The position numbers and the translations under genes were made by a program. This document shows, one piece after another, positions 1 through 9,975 of a stretch of DNA of 64,000 nucleotides. This DNA comes from Epithemia pelagica. Its lineage: Eukaryota; Protista; Bacillariophyta. How positions within the stretch are numbered: position 1 is the first letter of the stretch; each line of letters begins with the position of its first letter. Location: assembly GCA_946965045.2 (NCBI GenBank), contig OX337228.1, positions 2,790,001 to 2,854,000 of the forward strand. Direction: 5' to 3'. The notes under the pieces are model-generated. The model saw only the letters and a program-made list of their open reading frames with translations. It made no database searches and had not been told where the DNA came from.

Positions 1-649
1 TGAGCCGTTGGGAATGCCTCCAGGAGGCGGTGCAAATGGATTTCCTTCCATTGTTACAAAACAAGACAATAAAAAGCTCTATTCCCGATTGATTCTAAAT
101 CTTTCCGAGTCAATCTTTTTCAAACCAAAGCTGTTCACCTCAGTGTTCACTTTTCACGGGCGTTGGCTGCGGCTACACAGTCCAAAGTCCAAAGTCCAAA
201 ATGACAAAATCCAAAAATCCGTCCGTTGGCCTCGACGGAGCAACGAGCGACAACCCATCTTTCCGAAATACGAAACCTTTCGAATCGTTCCCGCTCGCTT
301 TAGATGTCTCTCTTGCAAACAGAGCAGACTTTCCTACTCCTCTATCGGGAGTCGAGAATTGTATGAGAAACTATACCTCTCTAGAGAGCATCTGCGCTTC
401 GACAGTTAATGGACTTCCTGTATACAGAACCGAGAGACGAGAAAGGAACAAGCTCGACTTCGCTGGTTAGGTGAGGGCAGGAAACGATCTTGGTACTTCC
501 ATTCCTTTTCCCAGTCAAAACTTGAATCTAAACACTTTTGCGCCAATGTGGAAAACATTCCTCTAGAGTAGGTATCCGAATATTACGTGAAGGCGACTAG
601 ATTGCTATCAACCACAGAAACCTGAATAGTCAGCCTTTGAAATCCTCCG

Positions 650-3600
650 CTAGGTATGATCTTCCGCAATGACAAAAACAGAACCTGTCTTGTCGTCGGC
701 AACCGCAAGAGCCATAAAGTCTCGTAATAAGGCGAGGCTTTCGTGTTTGAGATTCTCATCATGCTCGCAGGTTTCATCGTCACACCTTTGTCCAACCGCT
801 TCCATCAAGTCGGACAACAAATTCGAAAGCGAGGTACACGCATTATTCCCCTGGACCGCGAAATCTTGGTCAATATAGTGCGGCAGCATGAGCTTTAAAA
901 ATTCCACATCGATTTGCAGTTGCTTAAAACCTGACCGGGAAAAGGCAAACAAGCGAACAGATTCCAATAGACCACGGAATGCCACCTTTAACATGAAAAA
1001 GATGAGAGCACTCCTCGAAAAGTCCATCTGCTCAGAAGGATGCAAATGAATACTCAATTTCTCCTTGAAAATACGCTCCACATCAATTTGAAGACTTGAT
1101 TTTAGACCAACGATCGAAGTACTGGACATGCCGACCATGCCATCGTCCAGTTCTGGAACGGGACCTGCTCGGCTTGGACCATCAAATATGTACGAGCATT
1201 CCATTGCGACAGCCTTGACAACTCCCAACGCCAAACATGTTGTCGCACGAGGCGAATCACAGGAATGATTTTCGTTGGACAAGCTTTCTAGACCCATGAC
1301 AAGAAGAGAGGCCGCTTCGGCGCCCTTTTGGGACGTGTAGAGAGCAAAGACACGCGACGCCGCAAGTCGGAACCGTAGCGTCACCTCATCGTCTTCGGAA
1401 GTTTTAGTTTCACCTAGTTCCCCTCCGGAAAACATGTGTCTCGCTCGTCGTTTGCCGGTACCCAAATGAGACGCCATGGATTGTTCTAAATTCTCACTCA
1501 AAGATCCTTGTGCCAATCGACACATTTCAGCAATCGCAATTATAAAGGCAATCTCCACCCCACCGCCGTCTTGTGGAACCCGTAACTCCAGACGCGCTGA
1601 TTTGATCAGCTCCATAATCGTTTCATTATCTTTCATTTCACTGCTTGCACCATACGCCATACCAAAACTTGTCGATGATTCAATGGGAGCCACAAAATTT
1701 TCATTAGTGGTTTCGTCCATTTCTTCCTCAATATCTTGAGCGACGTCTACCACCCACGCCTCTCCACCGGCCAGAACCTCGAGTGCGCTTGCAAGCCAGC
1801 TGGTGAATTCTTTTGTACTGTCTTGCACGGCCTCCTTGAGAACCGCGGAAATGTTTTCAGGATCTGCCTTGCCAGCCTCGTTGTTGTCGGTCCCGTCGCT
1901 CCGCGAGTTGGTTCCACTGGTACCTGCAAGGATACTGCGGATCGTATCATCGACCAACTGGAGGCAGTCCGACAGCGTAGTGCTCGCAACTGCACGCGCT
2001 CTGGCCACACTTTTTTTGTCGAGGGCCCCCATAGTTGTCATCGTAGAGGGCGACGATTGCTGTTCCACCAATTTGAGCGCAAAGGGAATCAAACAGTCCT
2101 TGGCGATCTTGACCCGCAGGTCATTGAATTTTTGGTGGACTCGTCGATTCACCATTGAATCGGATAACTGCATGGCTTCATCCACCAGCCCTTGAGTGAA
2201 ATCGTTATTGACACCCACTTCGGGTAAAGATAATCCTGCTGCCATTTCCCGTACAGCTTGGACCAGAAGCGTTAGGGCATTTGAGATTTCTTCTTCTCCA
2301 GTTGATACCTGATCATCGGCACTCGTGGATGCCAGTATGGTATCAGGTTCCAGCTTCTGCTCTTGCTCGTCGGTCGCCTCGTCTTGTATTGGGCCACTCT
2401 GTTCCATTAAAATGGATCGAATATGAGATAAAAAGGACGAAAACGACTCCGAAATGAACTCGGTTAAGAGATTCACCTGAAGATTATCTGAGAAACTCAT
2501 ACCGTACAGTGTCGCAACCTCCAGAATAGCATCCAAAAACTCGCGAGGTATAAAGACTGCTCCATCGGGTTGTCCATCGGAAATGGGAGTGGCGGGGGAA
2601 GCATCACCAGAAGGAGCTGCAAGGGGTGTCCTGGTTTCCATCAATGGTCCAGCAGATGGGTCCTCTCCCAAAAGAGCAAAACGCCGATCCTGCACTTGAA
2701 TGATGTGAGCATCCAAAATTCTATCGAGAGCTCTCGTAGCCGCACCCAATGCCATGGAAGGCAATTCATCCTTGTCCATGACAAAGTCCATATCAGACCG
2801 GATCGGTTGTTCGCCTTCCATTTCCTCTTTATTAGTAATATCGATTCCATCCTCGCCATCGTCCAAGAGAATATAGAGGGTTCCCACACATTCAAAAATT
2901 TCGGTCATTGTTTTCGGTGGTTGTGGAAGTTGGTCGTTGTCGCTCCTCTTATCCTGTGCCTGGTCATTTTCGTCAGCAAGTTCACTTTCATTCTTGACAA
3001 TGGCGTCGTAGCTCACATCGGTTCCGAGTCTTCCATTCCAGTGCAACAGTTGCTTCGTGAGCCATATCTTCATATTTTGTAAAATTTGGGTACAATCTGT
3101 TTCAATCGTTCGCAGAGATTCAAACCCTTTGGAATGTTGTCCCAAGATGGTTCGTGCCGAAATGTAACTACGAGTGGCTGTACGATATTTTCCTGCCGCA
3201 ATTTGGGCTTGTAAGGTTTGCGGTAACTTTAACAAGGCATCCAGTCGCGACAACAAACGCTTGACGCGTATTTTTTCTGCCACTTGATCGCGTAAACTTC
3301 CCAAGGTTTCTTCGGTATCCTTGGAAGCCAAATCCACGGATTGGATTCGCTCCGACAATTTCGCCAAGCCCGCTTCATTGGCATGGACATTCACACCAAT
3401 CGATCGAATCGCATCGGTAGCATCAATGAAGCGTGAATAATTCTCATAAACCAACGCTTGCATGGTAGAATCCAACGTACGAATCTGCAACGACAAGCGT
3501 TCCTCCACGTCCAATAGATTGTGAACGGATGAGTGAAGGACGTGCCGCTGTGTGTGTGCCAATGCATCAAAGTCTGGAGAATCTATATCGTCTTTTCCAG

Positions 3601-3850
3601 ACTTTTGAAGACGGCCAGTGCCATGACGAAGCTGTGACGGATCCATGTCGTCATCATCATCGTCGTCGTCTTGTTCCGCAATGGATTCTTCTGCGGGTCG
3701 AGCAGCCGCCACTGCCGATTTCCCATAAAAGTTTTCCAACAATTTTTTGCGGACCAAGGATTCTCGATCCGTGGTTGAGTCATTTAAAGTGAGATAATCG
3801 TCGTCCGAAGACGAGGATGAATCATCCACCGGCACGTCATTTTCATCCAT
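650..3850 (-). CDS. VPS51: Vps51/Ang2 (GARP/EARP tethering complex subunit)
   Basis: N-terminal DIDSPDFD...QIRTLDSTMQALVYENYSRFIDATDAIRSI matches the Vps51 signature; first in-frame ATG at 3850; long helical ORF. Confidence 0.85.
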   Translation of the reverse strand: MDENDVPVDDSSSSSDDDYLTLNDSTTDRESLVRKKLLENFYGKSAVAAARPAEESIAEQDDDDDDDDMDPSQLRHGTGRLQKSGKDDIDSPDFDALAHTQRHVLHSSVHNLLDVEERLSLQIRTLDSTMQALVYENYSRFIDATDAIRSIGVNVHANEAGLAKLSERIQSVDLASKDTEETLGSLRDQVAEKIRVKRLLSRLDALLKLPQTLQAQIAAGKYRTATRSYISARTILGQHSKGFESLRTIETDCTQILQNMKIWLTKQLLHWNGRLGTDVSYDAIVKNESELADENDQAQDKRSDNDQLPQPPKTMTEIFECVGTLYILLDDGEDGIDITNKEEMEGEQPIRSDMDFVMDKDELPSMALGAATRALDRILDAHIIQVQDRRFALLGEDPSAGPLMETRTPLAAPSGDASPATPISDGQPDGAVFIPREFLDAILEVATLYGMSFSDNLQVNLLTEFISESFSSFLSHIRSILMEQSGPIQDEATDEQEQKLEPDTILASTSADDQVSTGEEEISNALTLLVQAVREMAAGLSLPEVGVNNDFTQGLVDEAMQLSDSMVNRRVHQKFNDLRVKIAKDCLIPFALKLVEQQSSPSTMTTMGALDKKSVARARAVASTTLSDCLQLVDDTIRSILAGTSGTNSRSDGTDNNEAGKADPENISAVLKEAVQDSTKEFTSWLASALEVLAGGEAWVVDVAQDIEEEMDETTNENFVAPIESSTSFGMAYGASSEMKDNETIMELIKSARLELRVPQDGGGVEIAFIIAIAEMCRLAQGSLSENLEQSMASHLGTGKRRARHMFSGGELGETKTSEDDEVTLRFRLAASRVFALYTSQKGAEAASLLVMGLESLSNENHSCDSPRATTCLALGVVKAVAMECSYIFDGPSRAGPVPELDDGMVGMSSTSIVGLKSSLQIDVERIFKEKLSIHLHPSEQMDFSRSALIFFMLKVAFRGLLESVRLFAFSRSGFKQLQIDVEFLKLMLPHYIDQDFAVQGNNACTSLSNLLSDLMEAVGQRCDDETCEHDENLKHESLALLRDFMALAVADDKTGSVFVIAEDHT

Positions 3851-4019
3851 GGTGAAACGGGAAAACTCTACCTGCAAAAAGTTTGCGAGAGTGAGCCAAC
3901 CATGATCCAGTCGCGATCCAATCGCTTTATCTTTCGCCACTTTTCTTCATTTTTGTTTGTGTCGATTGCTATTGTCGTTGGTATTACAGATCCCAGGATT
4001 TGCTTCTTTGTATTACACC

Positions 4020-5016
4020 ATGGCACTTCAAGCATTGCTACAGAAACTTCTTGGTCGAGTTCAGTCGAAACTCGAGTTTAAGGACTGGAAGAATTTCCCC
4101 CAGTTTGCGACAAAGAAAGTACGTCCATGGTAGCCACGATGACCGAACATTTATCGGTTGGAACGTCCATGGTAGCCACGATGACCGAACATTTATCGGT
4201 TGGGCAAACTCAACGAAAGCTTCTCTCTTTCTTTCGTGGTGTTTCTGTAAGGGGCTTGGCCGCGTGGCACTTTTGGCTGTGTTGTTAAGTGTTGTTGGTA
4301 CGGTTCATATTTTGGTGGGTTTGCTTCTTTTGACACATCTGTATCACTGGCCACAACATGGTAGCATTGATAGGCAGACGACTGCGAGGACTGTAATGGG
4401 ATTGCAATGGTGCGCCTACATGACATGTGTCTGTGTGTTTCATTTGCTGGAGTTTTTCGTTACGGCCATTTGGAACCCTTCCATGGTGGATGCCGATTCC
4501 TTTCTGGTCAATCATTCACTCTCGTACACAGCTGCCTTTCTCGTATCTTGGATTGAGTTTTGGTTGCGGTTTGCCTTTGCTCCTACCTGGAATTGGGCTT
4601 GGATGTCCTTGTTTGGATTGGCCTTGGCCTTGGTGGCCCAAACGATTCGTTCCAGCGCCATGGCGACGGCAGGCGAATCCTTCAACCATATTATTCAGAC
4701 GCACAAAAAAGAGAATCATGTGTTGATCACGCATGGGATTTATCGAGTTTTTCGACATCCGTCCTATGTCGGATTTTTCTATTGGTCCATTAGCTTGCAA
4801 TTGGTGTTGGGAAACCTCGTCAATACCGCTGTCTTTACCGTGGCATCGTGGACCTTCTTTTCCCGACGAATCCCCTATGAGGAAGAAAGCCTCTGTCAAC
4901 ACTTTCCGGACGAGTATCCAGCCTATGTTGCGAAAACGTGGATGGGAATACCATTTCTCCAATCCACCGCCGTGGTGGTACCAAATAACCGCACGAACCA
5001 AGAAAAGCAAGACTAA
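4020..5016 (+). CDS. ICMT: Isoprenylcysteine carboxyl methyltransferase (ICMT/Ste14), 2 exons
   Basis: FNHIIQ..HVLITHGIYRVFRHPSYVGFFYW and RIPYEEESL motifs; ATG 4020 plus phase-0 GT-AG intron 4119-4251 gives MALQ...ATKK|GLGRVAL. Confidence 0.9.
4121..4203 (+). repeat. Perfect tandem duplication with 42-bp period inside the ICMT intron
   Basis: ACGTCCATGGTAGCCACGATGACCGAACATTTATCGGTTGG at 4121-4161 and 4163-4203. Confidence 0.95.
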
Positions 5017-5166
5017 GAGGAAGGAAAAAAAGGTTTCAAGCTAGACTGGACACATTCAGTTTGATTGGGAGTGCCACGACAAAGTCTCAGTATGATCAAG
5101 AGTCCAAACAAGGGATACCAATGGATTCTCATCTCCTCTTTGTTTTCTTCTTTTCCCAATCCACGC

Positions 5167-6195
5167 TTAATAGCGTCCAAATCCCGCCGTGGGATCTGCG
5201 GCAGCCGTCGCGGCACGTCCTCGCTTTTGGCGCCGCGTATTACTATTTGTATTGCTGCCGCCGGCTTCCACCCCAAAGGCGGCAACAGCTCCCGAAGCCG
5301 AAGCATTTCCCACAACTCCTCCAGCACTATTGACCGTAAACAAGGAGGAAGTATTGGACGATGCTTCATTTTTGCGGCGGCGTTCTTCGGCCTGTTGCGC
5401 AAAGGCGGTCATGGCTTGCAATTCGTGAGAGGCTTGTTGTTTCTGAGTAGTTAAACTAGACGTGGCACCTTGAATGGAAGTCTGAATGTTTCGAATCTGT
5501 TCCATTAGTTGTGGAACGGCAGACTTGGGGGGCACATCGCGAGGACGAATGGGGTGTCGCGGACTCAATTGGAGGGATCTGCTGCGTTGACAAAGTTTGC
5601 CATGAATTACATTCATGTACAAACAAGAAATCAAAATATCTTCTACTTGTGACGGTGATTCTTGATTGGATGATAACTCCAATGCTTGTTCAAACTCCGT
5701 ATAGGGAATCATGGCCAAGGAAGGAATCAAATTTGTGGCTTGTCGTCCACCATTCGTGGAAGAGGTTTGGCTGTGAGAAAATCCACGTTCACAGGCATGC
5801 TGAACGACCGACAGTACAGTGAGTTGACGCAACTTGGCAAGTTGCGTCTCGGTCAGATCCAGATAGATCTTTGGCTGTGTGCGGTACTCCTTCAAGGTGC
5901 CGTAGGAAAACAAATCGAGAGAATTTAATATCTTGCTTGTTTCGTCCGTGGGAGTGCCAGTGGCAGCGGGATTGTTGTTGTTCTTGTAAGGCTCTAGTAT
6001 CGTACATGTTTGAAGAAGCATTGCCTTGATTTGATCGTAACCCCAAAAGATGGTTGGTTCCGACAATACTTTGATGACAATGGATCGAATCGTCGCAACA
6101 TCCGATGCCTTGCAATCCTCAATGGCTCGCGCAAATGCCACAAATGTAGCCGCGGATTCTTCCGTCGGGTGATTCTCACTCTCCCACCATGTCAT
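5167..6195 (-). CDS. CSN7: COP9 signalosome subunit 7-like PCI-domain protein
   Basis: LDLFSYGTLKEY, QLAKLRQLTVLS, VEDILISCLY..IHGKLCQ, RDV motifs are typical of CSN7; first ATG at 6195. Confidence 0.75.
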   Translation of the reverse strand: MTWWESENHPTEESAATFVAFARAIEDCKASDVATIRSIVIKVLSEPTIFWGYDQIKAMLLQTCTILEPYKNNNNPAATGTPTDETSKILNSLDLFSYGTLKEYRTQPKIYLDLTETQLAKLRQLTVLSVVQHACERGFSHSQTSSTNGGRQATNLIPSLAMIPYTEFEQALELSSNQESPSQVEDILISCLYMNVIHGKLCQRSRSLQLSPRHPIRPRDVPPKSAVPQLMEQIRNIQTSIQGATSSLTTQKQQASHELQAMTAFAQQAEERRRKNEASSNTSSLFTVNSAGGVVGNASASGAVAAFGVEAGGSNTNSNTRRQKRGRAATAAADPTAGFGRY

Positions 6196-6766
6196 TTTAT
6201 TATTGTGTGACCGTATCAATCTCCAAACGTCGACTCTTTGGCAGCGCTGCGCGTTTCTTCCTTTTATGGTCAAGAGACGGAGGGAGAAATTGATTCCAGA
6301 AATCGAAGACACATAGATTTTATGCAGAAATTTAAAATTTAAAGTTTTGAGGTCGCACTGAATGATCGTCGGAGTCGCACTTCTGTGGTTCTCGCCTGCT
6401 TCCGGATCTGTTCCGGATTTCTGGGGGACTGCGACTGCGACCTGTCAACGTCAACTGGATGTCGGCAAAAAAGAATTCTGTCAGAACAAGAACGACGGGC
6501 GATCCTGCTGATTGCCTTGTCTGTATCCACGATCCTCAGACAACGAAAAAGGAAAGTAAGTACACTGTTGTGCTCTCCAAATCCAATGATGCGACTCTCT
6601 CTGCTTGAATTCTCGTGACCAGGGACCAGAACCGTGAACACGTCGTCTGTGCTGTCTGGCTTCTGGTTCGGTTTGTTCTCAATCTTTGCTGTGTCTCGTT
6701 TAGGACTTTTAGTTTCGTGACAAAGGCTTTGTACCAAACACTATCCTTCAGCCATCAGCCACGACA

Positions 6767-8272
6767 ATGATGAAGAACCAACTGTATCTAGTTGTTTTGA
6801 GGCTTCTTGGCTGTCTCAGTGCCTTGTCCTCCAGCATGAATATGCCAATGGCCTTTGTCCGTGTTGTACCATTTCGACGGTCGTCCTCGTTCCCCTCCTC
6901 ACAATGGCCGACCGTACAACTGGATCTCGAAGTATCCAGTAACAGTGGCGGTGCCTTGTTTGAAGATGAGAAACATCATCACGGAGAAAAGGACGTGGGA
7001 GAATTTGCTCCCTTGTCATCGGATTGGTCCGTGTCGTCGTCATCATCATCATTTACCTACAGTAAGAGTGAACGATTTGCTACGGGCAATGAGTTAATTC
7101 ATCTACGAGCGAAGCTGGACGAAATGCGACAAAACTTGCAATGGGCATTGTCGTCGTCGTCCTCCTCCTCGGGTACGAACGAAAACGACATTGAGTCCAT
7201 GAAAAAGGCTATTCAACGTGAACAGGACAAGGACCCCGATCTTGTCTATCGTAAATCCATGCAGGAAATCATCCATGCCAAAGCATCGCATCGTCTTTCG
7301 GAGGACGAAAAATTACAACGTATACAAACGTGGAAAAAGGAGGCTGCGGAAGCACGAAAATGGATTGAACGCTTCCATCTCGACGGACTTTGGTTGGGCG
7401 AGTAAGTAGCAAGGATGGAGAACGGACGGTCCAAATTTCATTTCTGTTCTTCTCAAAATGCGTGTCTTGACTTTGTTGTTGTTTGTCGGGACAGTTATGG
7501 TGAAGGCAAAGGACTCCAACTTGTCAATGTCACATATTCGGGCGATACATTGGTCGCGACCAAGGTAACAGGAGACATGAATATCCCTCGAGGAAAGGTC
7601 TCCTTTACCGCAGAATTGTCTCCGACCAACTTTTCGTCATTGGAGCCACTCACGGTCCCTTTGGAGGAGGACAACGACAAGCAAGTTCCTACGATCGACA
7701 ACAACAACAATGACAAGAATGAGGTGACAGAAACGAGAACTGCAAAAACTCCCAGACAACTCTGGCGATATCCCGGCAAGGGTCAAATCGCCGAGCCTGG
7801 ATATTCGAACAACAAGTTTGTGGATGGACAATTGGTCATGTTGAACCAAGGACAATTCAGTTTTATTTGGGTCCCCAACACTCATTTTGTACTCTTCAGT
7901 CGACCGACACCGGAACAAACGATACAGCTCCTTCGTGATACACTGGCACGAGAAGATGAGCTGGAGAATATGCGTCGTCACGTCGCAACTTGCTTTGAAA
8001 TTGATTTGACGGAATCTTGGGCACGGTTCCATGCCCAACAAGCGGAACCACCCGAACCCATTCGTCGTATTTCGCTACTCAGTGACCTTGAAAAACTACA
8101 AAAAACTCCCTTCAATAATGAGGCACCTTCGATGGAAGGTCAAACCCAACACGACCATAACGACAAAGAGAATGATGAAATGAGTGGCAATCGCAACTTT
8201 TGGCACTTGTCCAAATGGCGCGCCTGCATTGACCGGCTTCTGGGTGGCAATTCGGACCAGAAACGCCCTTGA
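6767..8272 (+). CDS. Probably plastid-targeted protein with cyclin-D1-binding/DUF3506 (EXECUTER C-terminal-like) domain, 2 exons
   Basis: Intron 7402-7494 joins GLWLGD-YGEGKGLQLVNVTYSGDTLVATKVTGDMNIPRG...YPGKGQIAEPGY; N-terminal hydrophobic signal followed by AF. Confidence 0.65.
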
Positions 8273-8807
8273 ACCTTGTGGCTCTGTGACGCAAATCCTG
8301 CTCGTTTTTACCATTTACCACCATCTGTAAGGTTAATGACCTTTTTGATAGATCCAAGCCAGAATGGTGTACGATTCCGATATGCTTAGGAGGACGACGG
8401 CACGCTAGCTAGGGAGTAGACTCAAGAGATTTTAATAGTTTTCAAAATAAGGTTAAGGACTCCGCTTTCGATCCTACTTTGATTGAAGATCACCATAAAC
8501 GAACTAGACGACCATGAGCCGATCAATGACTATATCAATTACCTGGATACGCGAGGCATATTTCAAGGAGGCAATGTGGTTGACGCCTGTTGACTTTGCT
8601 ACGGATTCGACGACGTGACTTTCTGTGCACATGGGTGACAAAAGAGCAATCATCTTTGTCGTTTCTGATTGGCTGATAAAGAGCAACGCAAAGTTTTGGA
8701 CAAAGCTCCTGTACCACGGTCAACGATATCAACGGAGAGGTACACATGCTCAGAGCATCTCTCTATGCATCAGGTACCTGTACGACAGATGCCTGTTGTT
8801 GATAGAT

Positions 8808-9710
8808 CTAGCCTATCCTCTTTCTCTCTTCCAGTATTCGACTCCATTCTCGCTCAATACCGTCCATATGAGCGAGACCCACTACAGCCACTACTTTTCT
8901 GTCTCGGCTACACTGGCAATGTAGCTGCTGTGACATGTGCACATCACGTTTGCGCAACAAGACATTGTGCGTGTCTGGAAATGCCCTCTGCATCCAATCG
9001 GTGATCTCGTGTGCATACTCTCGATTTTTCATCTCTTCCACGCGATTACTGATAGTCTCGGCCATATTATTCTGACTACCATTACCTGCCATTGCAAAAG
9101 ACTTGGAGAACATTTTTTGTAAGGAATTGGGAACGGGGGTCATCATACCGCGCATTAAATTGGAGAAACTGAATGTTGCGCCCAATTCACGAAGCGTGTC
9201 GTTTCCATCACGATCTCCATAAACCAATCTGGCCTTGACGCGCTCTCCCGATTGAATCGCCGACAACATATCAATCCCAGGGACGAAACCGTAGCGTTTG
9301 AGCATTTGGTAAAATCGTCGAATATACTCGCCGATCTGTTCCTGTTGCCCTCCAGCAGCTCCCATGACTAGAGGCATGTGCTTTAAAAAGGAAAATTGTT
9401 CGTCCATGGAATCTTGGTTCTCCTGAATCAACCGAGTCGCTCGGGCAGGATCGAGTTCGATAAACACTGTTTGTGGTTTGACCATATCAATCAATTGTGA
9501 CACTTCATCCGCAGAGGATTGACTCACATGAGCTGTGCCAATCAAATAGATTTCATTGTCTGTATCATCGGATCGTAGTAAGCTCACAGTAGAAGACACT
9601 TGTGTCACTAGACTACGGAAGAATACTGAGGCGGTCTCACGCCCATGTCGAACGAACGAGGAAAGCCCTCCGTTGCGAGTATAAGAGAAAAGACGGTGAT
9701 CAATTCCCAT
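8808..9710 (-). CDS. TraB-family (TraB/PrgY/GumN) domain protein
   Basis: IYLIGTAHVSQSSADEV..VKPQTVFIELD, LVYGDRD and VVAVVGLAHMDGI motifs. Confidence 0.85.
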   Translation of the reverse strand: MGIDHRLFSYTRNGGLSSFVRHGRETASVFFRSLVTQVSSTVSLLRSDDTDNEIYLIGTAHVSQSSADEVSQLIDMVKPQTVFIELDPARATRLIQENQDSMDEQFSFLKHMPLVMGAAGGQQEQIGEYIRRFYQMLKRYGFVPGIDMLSAIQSGERVKARLVYGDRDGNDTLRELGATFSFSNLMRGMMTPVPNSLQKMFSKSFAMAGNGSQNNMAETISNRVEEMKNREYAHEITDWMQRAFPDTHNVLLRKRDVHMSQQLHCQCSRDRKVVAVVGLAHMDGIEREWSRILEERKRIG

Positions 9711-9975
9711 AGAGCAATTCTAAATTTTCTAGAACAGGATTTCATGACATCCATAGACACGAAAAAGGTACGTACCCCATCATTCGTGTCTTGAGGAGTC
9801 CCGCTGCAGCCCGCCTTTTGGTTCGCGTAGAAGCTGCGCGCGCTCGCAGCATTTTGCTTCCGATTGGCGGGAAAATAGGAAGGCCGACGACGAGTTTCAT
9901 GTCCATCATGTCGAAGTGTGGCAACAGGGAACTGGGCACGAAAATAAAAGAGAGGAACTATACTTGACGATCACC

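Noticed and set aside
8-470. Short ORFs at the window start
   Set aside because: No motifs; probably intergenic or 3' UTR sequence
4000-4251. 14-aa repeat VHGSHDDRTFIGWN at the ICMT N-terminus
   Set aside because: That frame has no ATG there; a clean phase-0 intron (4119-4251) removes it
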